Below, in pieces: positions 23,546 through 31,517 of a stretch of DNA of 31,517 nucleotides. This DNA comes from Chiloscyllium plagiosum. Its lineage: Eukaryota. Position numbers and translations under genes: made by a program. Numbering within the stretch: position 1 is the first letter of the stretch; every line of letters starts with the position of its first letter. The notes below the pieces were generated by a model. It saw nothing but the letters and a program-made list of their open reading frames with translations, was not told the origin of the DNA and did no database searches. The DNA lies in the NCBI RefSeq assembly GCF_004010195.1, contig NC_057752.1, forward strand, positions 15,203,585 to 15,235,101, read 5' to 3'.

Positions 23546-23790
23546 AAGTGTTTCCATCTCCCCTATCTCTTCTTCATATCTTGAAATCTTTGATCAAATC
23601 ATCCCTTGGCCTATTAATTACAGGGATGACAGCTAAAATTTGTTTAATCTCTCCCCATCTCTTAACCCTTGGAGTCCAATTATCACTCTGGTGAATCTGT
23701 AGTGCACTTCCTCCAAAGCCAGTGTCTCTTTGCTAAGGTTTGGAGCCCAGAACTGCTCACAGTTTTACAGATGGCATCTCACTAGGAACA
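23546..23790 (-). repeat. Inverted duplicate of 22024-22271
   Basis: Reverse complement matches closely, e.g. gatttgatcaaagatttcaagatatgaagaagagataggggagatggaaacactt is identical. Confidence 0.9.
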
Positions 23791-23933
23791 GAGTTTGTGT
23801 TTCTTTTCATTAGGAGCCTATTTGAGTATTTCCTCTTTGTGGTCATAGATCACAAAATAATGCGCTGAAGATGAAGATACGTTTGGGAGGTGGATGGGGA
23901 TGGAATTAGATAAATAGCAGTTAACAGACTTGC

Positions 23934-24044
23934 CTGCAGGATCAAAGACTTGATAGTAATCAGGGCAATGCTGTGCAGACATCGATTTGGCAGAAGCATC
24001 GTCCCAGCACAGCCATCCATCCCAGGTACGGTTACAGTAAGAAC
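23934..24044 (-). CDS. calcrl: Calcitonin receptor-like GPCR, extracellular-domain exon: (G)[36 protein letters not shown](E); 111 nt, phase 1-1
   Basis: Manual translation gives the class B ECD motif [11 protein letters not shown] and CPDY. Acceptor ttttactactttgcag at 24045, donor CAG|gcaagt (GC type) at 23933. Joins in frame to the 17399 exon (G+AA=E). Paralogue identity (calcrl vs calcrl2) is uncertain. Confidence 0.95.
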
Positions 24045-24219
24045 CTGCAAAGTAGTAAAAACAGCATATCAGATGTTTACTTTCTTCTTCACTGCTTTTC
24101 TGAATGCTCCTCTGAACCTCCCTGCCTTGGTGCTCCTCAAATGTGCCATGTTGCTCACTCAGCTCTCAGCTTCAGTCTCCAATCTTGTCTCTGAGACAGA
24201 AAGCGGTGGCAGTGTGATA

Positions 24220-24350
24220 CTGAAAGCTGTTCACACTTCACGTAGCTTGGCTCCATAGTCACCAACAATCTGCCACTTCATGTTTCAGCTGCTATGGTGA
24301 AGCTGAGTAAGAGAGTGTGGAACAACAGGAACCTGACTGAGAACACCATA
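24220..24350 (+). mobile_element. RTE-clade LINE fragment
   Basis: Degenerate FT*LGSIVTNNL and KLSKRVWNNRNLTENT. Confidence 0.65.
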
Positions 24351-24639
24351 GGCTGACTGTCCAGTGCAGGATTGCAGCACTGCTCCCCTGGCATGTCAGG
24401 GCAATGATTCCCACAGAGGCAGCTTCTCAAGACTTCCACCACTTAATTGCTGCTGGATCAAAGTTAGACAAGCTAACTATTCTCATGACTTCAGCACAAG
24501 AGCTGGTACTGATTTCTAGGCATGGGAATAGGGTCATCAGAAGGGATGGGGTTTGGGGTGTTAACAGCACTGGTCTCTTGCTGAAGTTATATGCTGAGCA
24601 GTGGATCATTTAAATAGTGAGTGACTGCAGAATGCTGAG

Positions 24640-24952
24640 ATTTGATAGATTAGATTCCCTACAGTGTGGAAACAGGACCTTTGGTCCAACCAGTCCACAC
24701 TGACCCTCTGAAGAGTAACCCACCCAGACCCATTTCCCTCTGACTAAAGTACCTAACACTATGGGCAATTTAGCATGGCCAATCCACACTAACCTGCACA
24801 CCTTTGGTTTGTGGGAGGAAACTGGAGCACCCGGAGGAAACCCACGGGGAGAATGTGCAAACTCCACACAGACAATCGCCCGAGGCTGGAATCGAACCTG
24901 GGTCCCTGGCGCTGTGAGGCAGCAGTGCTTTCCACTGAGCCACCGTGCCACC
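24640..24952 (-). mobile_element. HE1-type V-SINE
   Basis: A/B boxes, V-domain, tctaa tail. Confidence 0.92.
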
Positions 24953-24954
24953 CC

Positions 24955-25560
24955 CAAAGGTGCAGAGGGATCTGGGAATCCGAGTATGTGAATTGCAAAA
25001 AAGGTCAATTTGAAGGTACAAGTGACTAGGAAGGTAAGTGGAATGCTTTCATTTATTGCAGGGCTCATAGAGTATAAATGGAGGGAAGTTTTATGTCAGC
25101 TGTACAAGCCCGCAGTGAGACCGCATCTGGAGAACTATGTAGAGTTTGCTCTCCTTAGTTGAAAAGAGATATAAGTGGATTCGAGGCAGTTCAGAGGAGG
25201 TTCACTTGACTCCTTGCTGGAATGAAGGGCTTACCTTATGAAGAAAGTTGCGTCTTTACCTGTTGGAGTTTAGAAGAATGAGTGGTGATCTTATTGAAAT
25301 ATGGGACAGGGTGGATTCTGAAATGATGTTTCCTCTTATGAGAAAGACTAGGAGACACAGTTTAAGAATAAAACTTCCCCTTAAGAGAGCTCCTGTTTAA
25401 GACAATGATGAGGAGAATATTTTCCCCTCAGTTATTCTGTGGAATCCTCTTTCCCAGAAAACAGTGGAAGCTGAGTCTTTGAATGTATTCAAGGCTGAGT
25501 GAGGTAGATTTTTGATGGGCAAGGAATCCAAAGTTATTGGGGGGAGGCAGTTGAGCTTGT
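24955..25560 (+). mobile_element. Old CR1 3' fragment
   Basis: gtgagaccgcatctggagaac (VRPHLE), GDLIE, ctgtggaatcctct. Confidence 0.8.
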
Positions 25561-25899
25561 GGGACCTGAGCCCACTGTAGTATGGATGTGCCCACTCACT
25601 GTCTGAGCTGCTACTCATGATGACAATTGCTACTGCCGTCTCTTTTCTGGCAGAGAATGACAGGACCTGCTTGGTCGAGTGTTGCAGAGGAGATGCATTT
25701 CCTTGTCTAACTAGAAGAGACTGTTCCATTGAACAAGATTGAGTTTATTGCAGGTTGGCAATTCATTCCAGGTTACATTGATTAGGACAGGCCCCTGTAA
25801 AAGAGACTGAGGAAGATTTGGATGTTGGTTCTCACTCCTTTTGAGATGCTAAGTTGTTCTGTCCAGAAGACATCATCAGTCTTAACACTTACAGATCCA

Positions 25900-26420
25900 C
25901 ATAGTCATAGAGTCATAGTAATGTACAGCACGGAAACAGACCCTTCGGTCCAACCTGTCCATGCCAACCAGATATCCCAACCCAATCTAGTCCCACCTGC
26001 CAGCACCCGGCCCATATCCCTCCAAACCCTTCCCATTCAGGTGCCTTTTAAATGTTGTAATTTTACCAGCCTCCACCACTTCCTCTGGCAGCTCATTCCA
26101 TACACGTACCACCCTCTGCATGAAAAAGTTGCCCCTTAGGTCTCTTTTATATCTTTCCCCTCTCACCCTAAACCTATGCCCGCTAGTTCTGGACTCCCCC
26201 ACTCCAGGGAAAAGACCTTGTCTCTGTACCCCATCCATGCCCTGCATAATTTTGTAAACCTCTATAAGGTCACACCTCAGTCTCCGACGCTCCAGGGAAG
26301 ACAGCCCCAGCTGCTCAGCCTCTCCCTATAGCTCAAATCTTCCAATCCTGGCAACATCCTTGTAAATCTTTTCTGAACCCTTTCAAGTTTCACAACGTCT
26401 TTCCAATAGGAAGGAGACCA
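25900..26420 (-). mobile_element. CR1 (HER1-type) 3' fragment, same subfamily as 22353-22858
   Basis: RGNFFMQRVVRVWNELPEEVVEAG; (ctatgact)n tail. Confidence 0.9.
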
Positions 26421-26785
26421 GCAATCGAATATGCAGCAATCCAAATCAGCTGCAAACTTATTGAATAGCAGAACAGGCTCAAAGGGCTGAGTGGTCTTCT
26501 GCTCCCGAGTCTATGTTCCTATCCACAGTGAAAGTGGACACCCCATTGCATTAATGATGACGAGGCAACATTCAGGTCTTGGCTCGACCTCTCAACAAAA
26601 TGGATGAGTGGATCCAGAAACAACAGGATCTCCTTCATTGACAAGTCACCGCTGTGCGAGCTCAGAGACACACGAGACACTTTACTCAAGCAGTAAAGCC
26701 CAGAAACCCCAGTCATATTCAGACTGCCAGAGATTCAGTGACACCATGAAATCAACAGGTCCCAGTCTCTCAGTTCACACCAATC

Positions 26786-26957
26786 AGAGTCATCAAAGTT
26801 TACAGTACAGAACGAGGCTATTTGGCCCATCATGTCTGTACCAGCTCCCAGAAGAGCGACCCAGCTAGACGCATTCTCCAGCCCTATCTTTGTAGCCTTC
26901 TAGCTTCATCGCTCTCAAATATATATCCAGCTCTCTTTTGAAACCTTCGGTGGAATC
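26786..26957 (-). mobile_element. Old CR1 3' tail
   Basis: aggctatttggcccatcatgtctgtaccagctc motif. Confidence 0.65.
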
Positions 26958-29125
26958 TGTAGTGATTGCAAAAGAGGTCAGAGTCGGAGTTCCTTGATTG
27001 GGGCTGTTAACTTGGTCTAATCAGGGAGTCCTGGCTGACAGATATAAATAGGAGAGTTAGGGGTTCTGCTCACTCTGAGAGCCGGCTCTGTGCTAGCTGG
27101 GTTAGTGTCAGGTACTACGCAACTGGACTCAAAGAGGCACCGCAGCTGGCTTTGTTGTTAGAAAACGCAGCAAGTGGAGCTTCTGACTTACAAGGTACGT
27201 CAATGGAAGTAGACACTCTCGTCAGGCTGACTGAGGTTGGGAAACACCACTCGACTGACTGAGGGCATATCCTGAACAGAGGGACTTGAGGTCAGCCCAC
27301 AGCAAAACTCCAAAACAAAGCCGAACCTTGGCCAAATGGTTCAAATGTTCGTCAACAGGCCATTGTAGTCGCTGGTCCTTATTGTATGCAGACTCAGATC
27401 AGTGATCGCGAAACCAGTCTTTCTCAAAATTTGCTCTCGACTCCAACCCTTCAGTTTGCATGAGACCTCGGCCAGGCTGTGAACCTATCCTGGGGGTCCC
27501 CCACAGATTAAGGATACAACTTCAGTTCCAGTTCCTTATGAGAAGGAGCTGGCTCAGTTACCACTGGTTATAGTAAAAGGCTCAGGCCCAAGTGAGGTCC
27601 TAAGTAAATACCTAGAAGTTTTTCAGGAAGAGAGTCTGGTGCTGGGAAAAGCACAGTGGGTCAGGCAGCATCCGAGGAGCAGGAGAATCAACGTTTCAAG
27701 CCCTTCATCAGGCCCGATGTCCGAAACGTCGATTCTCCTGCTCCTCGGATGCTGCCTGACCCACTGTGCTTTTCCAGCACCACACTCTCGACTCTGATCT
27801 CCAGCATCTGCAGTCCTCACTTTCTACTAGTTTTTCAGGAAGGTCTAGGGACTATCCAAGGGGCCAAGGCCAGCCTGTATGTTGACTAGGAAGCAATTCC
27901 ATGATCCTGCAAGGCATACCTGGTGCCATTTGCCCTTAAGCACAAAAGTAGAGGCAGAAATGAGAAGGGCTGGAAAGCAAAGGAATCGTCAAACCAGCGG
28001 AGTTGGTGGAATGGGTAGCCTAATAGGTTGGTTCACCTTTGGGTGGATTAGAAACAAACATTAAACTGCTTTTCACAGCTGGACAAATACCTAATCCCAT
28101 GGATTACAGGATTTACATGCAGAACTGGCGGTGGGGTGGGGCTGTCCTTCACAAAACTGGATATGAGCCATGCATACCTGAAATTGCGATTCGTTGAGGA
28201 TTGCCAGAAGTGTGCTCCAGTTAATACCCCTAAGGGTTTGCAGCAATATGTGAGACTGTCATTTGGGGTAGCATCAGCCTGTGCCATTTTCAAGCAGACA
28301 AGGTCACCCGCAGGTTGCCATTTATCTGGATGATGTGCCAACAATTTGGAAGACCAATAAAGAGCACTTGGAGAACTTGGACGTGGTGCTTAAATGTTTA
28401 TCCTCGGCATGTGAAGGTCTTAGAGGGAAATATGTGTGTTCCAGTCACCCCAAGTAACCTACTTGGCCTATAGAGTTTACAAGACCAGCTTGCATCCATT
28501 GGAAAATAAAGTGAGGGTGATCAAAGGTGCCCTGGTTCCTACATCTGTACTGGAGCTTGGGTCTTTCCTTCAGTTGGTGAATTATTACGGAAAATTTCTA
28601 TGTAAGATGCCTCCATCTTAGCACCCTTATCTTTCATGTTCACAAAGGGTCAGCCTTCGAAATGGTCTGGTAGCCGATAAGTACCCTTTTGGTAAGTGAA
28701 AAAGCAGCTATTGTCATCTAAGGTGTTGGCCCACTGCGATCCCAAGTGAGATGTGATGCCAACATGCCTCCCTGTATGGTATTGGGGTAGTGTTGGCTCA
28801 CCCGTGGCCCAGCAGAGAGGAATGCCCGATAGCATATGCTTCCTGGACTTTGGCTGATGCCAAACAAAGGTCTGCCCAAAGAGAGATGGAAGGTTCGGTG
28901 GTCATCTTTGATGTGAGAAAGTTCTACCGATATCTTTACGGATGTAAATTGTAACAGTAATGGACCATGAACCCGTGCTCTGACTACTTAAAGAGGTCAG
29001 GGTTGTGCTGCACATGGCTTCAGGTCAGATTCAGCAGTAGGCTCTCATTTTAAGTGCATACAATGACAAGTTGGAACAATGTCCGGAAGACCAAGTGGCC
29101 AGAAGGTCCATACTCTCAGCTGTAA
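26958..29125 (+). mobile_element. Decayed Ty3/Gypsy LTR retrotransposon: partial 5' LTR (26958-~27120), gag/pro remnants, RT and RNase H; no 3' LTR
   Basis: Starts with TG; tataaa at 27043; FTKLDMSHAYL, YVRLSFGVASA, YLDD at 28323-28334, SFLQLVNYYGKF, PIAYAS; many frameshifts. Confidence 0.88.
27631..27828. mobile_element. Hairpin Penelope pseudo-LTR mini-element inside Gypsy pol, perfect 14-bp TSD
   Basis: TSD agtttttcaggaag at 27617-27630 and 27829-27842; ~65-bp inverted arms. Confidence 0.88.
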
Positions 29126-29169
29126 ACTAGACTGTCTATCCCTCGAGCTACTGAGTCAGCCACTCAGAA

Positions 29170-29700
29170 TCTACCTTTTAGAATCTACCTTACTAATCTG
29201 CCTCCCAGCCTCTCTGCCTTTTCTCAGAGTAACTTTGATTACCATGGCACTGTGGTTTTCCCCTGAGTCATCCACCCTTGATTCAATTGGGTTGTCCCTT
29301 AAATAGAAATCAAACATTTCAGACCTGTTAGACAGATCCAACAAATTCTGGGGTTCCGGGACCTGCAATTTCCTTTCCTTTTTGTGAATGGTCAGCCATT
29401 CCCCTGCCATCTCTGCACTCCGCCTTGCCTGCCTATCGTGATGTGGAGTGTCCACTCTCTGGTACAACTGTTCCAGAAACCTCCCTCCTTCTTGGATGAT
29501 ATGCAGTGAGGAGAGTCACTGCTCCAATTTGCCAGATGTTGTTCAATGACTGCTACCCTCTGGAACTTCATGCAGATGTGACAGTCCTGAATGTCTTGAG
29601 AATCGAAAACCTTCCACATTTTACCTGCCTCACACACCACAAGCTTTCCCAGAGTCCCTGCCATTTTTCCTGGCATGCTGTGGAGGCTCTGCTGTTTCTA
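29170..29700 (-). mobile_element. CR1 ORF1 N-terminal remnant
   Basis: VCEAGKMWKV..DCHICMK (zinc-finger-like start), WLTIHKK, LSNRSEMFD, ending near a degenerate esterase IGDS motif (KVDS). Confidence 0.6.
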
Positions 29701-30157
29701 AGCTCTTCTTGCTCTCTATTTTTGCGCAGAGGAGGAGGGAGGGAAGGAAACACTCCAGTAATATAATATTTGCGGTTTCACTGTTCTTTCACTGGGTCCT
29801 CCATCACTTCGGAGCCAACTTCTCCTAGAATCCTCCTCTGTCACTTCTCACAACAGCCTCCTGTTCCTCCCATTCTCAATCTTCAGTGTAGAGAGATCAA
29901 CAGTACTCACGGGGAAAGTCAAATTCCAGAAATATTAGCAGAGCATTTGAACCACATCTTCCAATGGCTTTCATTCATCAATGAACAACAGGGTGCCATT
30001 AGAGACCATCAAATGCTCACTTGATGACCTGTCAAGACTGTCAGAAATGACAATGCCAATGAACTCCAACCTAGTCGAAACTTTGTAGGGACTGATCTGA
30101 TCCTAGATGAGGCCTAAAAGACCATACAATGCTACAATACAGACAAGTGTCATACAT

Positions 30158-31517
30158 ACCCACTGCCCCACCCAGCCCCTCAGTGTGAGAGGACAGTGTG
30201 ATAACCCACTGCCCCACCCAGTCCCTCAGTGTGAAAGGACAGCGTGATAACCCACTGTCCCACCCAGTCCCTCAGTTTGAAAGGGCAATGTGATAACCCA
30301 CTGTACCACCCAGTCCCTCAGTGTGAAAGGACAGTGATAACCCACTGTCCCACCCAGTCCCTCAGTGTGAAAGGATAGTGTGATAACCCACTGTCCCACC
30401 CAGTCCCTCAGTGTGAAAGGACAATGTGATAACCCACTGTACCACCCAGTCCCTCAGTGTGAAAGGACAATGTCATAACCCACTGTCCCACCCAGTCCCT
30501 CAGTGTGAAAGGACAATGTGATAACCCACTGTCCCACCAGGTCCCTCAGTGTGAAAGGACAGTGTGATAACCCACTGTCCCACCCAGTCCCTTAGTGTGA
30601 GAGGACAGTGTGATAACCCACTGTCCCACCCAGTCCCTCAGTGTGAAAGGACAGCGTGATAATCCACTGTCCCACCCAGTCCCTCAGTGTCAAAGGACAG
30701 TGATAACCCACTGTTCCACCTAGTCCCTCAGTGTGAGAGGACACTGTGATAACCCACTGTCCCACCCAGTCCCTCAGTGTGAAAGGACAGTGTGATAACC
30801 CACTGTCCCACCCCACTGTCCCACCCAGTCCCTCAGTGTGAAAGGACAGTGTGATAACCCACTGTCCCACCCAGTCCCTCAGTGTGAAAGGACAGTGTGA
30901 TAACCCACTGTACCACCCAGCCCCTCAGTGTGAGAGGACAGTGTGATAACCCACTGTACCACCCAGTCCCTCAGTGTGAAAGGACAGCGTGATAACCCAC
31001 TGTCCCACCCAGTCCCTCAGTGTGAGAGGACAGTGTGATAACCCACTGTACCACCCAATCACTCAGTGTGAAAGGACAGTGTGATAACCCACTGTACCAC
31101 CCAATCACTCAGTGTGAAAGGACAGTGTGATAACCCACTGTACCACCCAATCACTCAGTGTGAAAGGACAGTGTGATAACCCACTGTACCACCCAATCAC
31201 TCAGTGTGAAAGGACAGTGTGATAACCCACTGTACCACCCAGTCCCTCAGTGTGAAAGGACAGCGTGATAACCCACTGTCCCACCCAGTCCCTCAGTGTG
31301 AGAGGACAGTGTGATAACCCACTGTACCACCCAATCACTCAGTGTGAAAGGACAGTGTGATAACCCACTGTCCCACACAGTCCCTCAGTGTGAAAGGACA
31401 GTGAGATAACCCACTGTCCCACCCAGTCCCTCAGTGTGAGAGGACAGTGTGATAACCCACTGTCCCACACAGTCCCTCAGTGTGAAAGGACAGTGATAAC
31501 CCACTATCCCACCCAGT
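30158..31517 (+). repeat. 46-bp tandem minisatellite, about 29-30 copies, running off the window end
   Basis: Unit acccactgtcccacccagtccctcagtgtgaaaggacagtgtgata; period of 46 seen at 30201 and 30247. Confidence 0.97.

Noticed and set aside
26540..26600. ECC motif as the AQYECY exon
   Set aside because: In-frame TGA just upstream and no further similarity.
171..27120. Two LTR pieces as the ends of one provirus
   Set aside because: Opposite orientations, 27 kb apart, with host exons between them.
30158..31517. CRISPR-like array
   Set aside because: Head-to-tail near-identical units with no unique spacers, no cas genes, and a vertebrate context.
30158..31517. RAG recombination signal sequences (acagtg motifs)
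   Set aside because: Heptamer is mostly gacagtg rather than cacagtg, there is no nonamer, and no V/J segments are nearby.

Overview
Eukaryotic vertebrate genomic DNA, not microbial. The repeat content (HE1-type V-SINEs, CR1/HER1 LINEs, Penelope elements, a DeuSINE and a ~70-bp dispersed minisatellite) points to a shark, plausibly a carpet or bamboo shark (inference). The window lies inside a minus-strand class B1 GPCR gene of the calcitonin receptor-like family. Four coding exons are readable: 24044-23934 (111 nt), 17399-17287 (113 nt), 6049-5958 (92 nt) and 2426-2273 (154 nt), and their sizes and phases match CALCRL/CALCR as I recall them. The TM2 exon is not visible and probably lies in the 499-N gap. 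The protein is a divergent CLR, possibly the calcrl2 paralogue. It carries a GC splice donor and substitutions at key ligand-binding and activation residues (D94V, N3.43T). The introns are almost entirely nested retroelement debris. They include a fold-back Penelope insertion with a 12-bp TSD and two core-intact minimal hammerhead ribozymes, short hairpin Penelope-derived elements that break at the hammerhead, a local ~250-bp inverted duplication, a decayed Gypsy element and two related tandem-repeat families. Nearly all long ORFs in the supplied track are retroelement fragments or N-gap artefacts.
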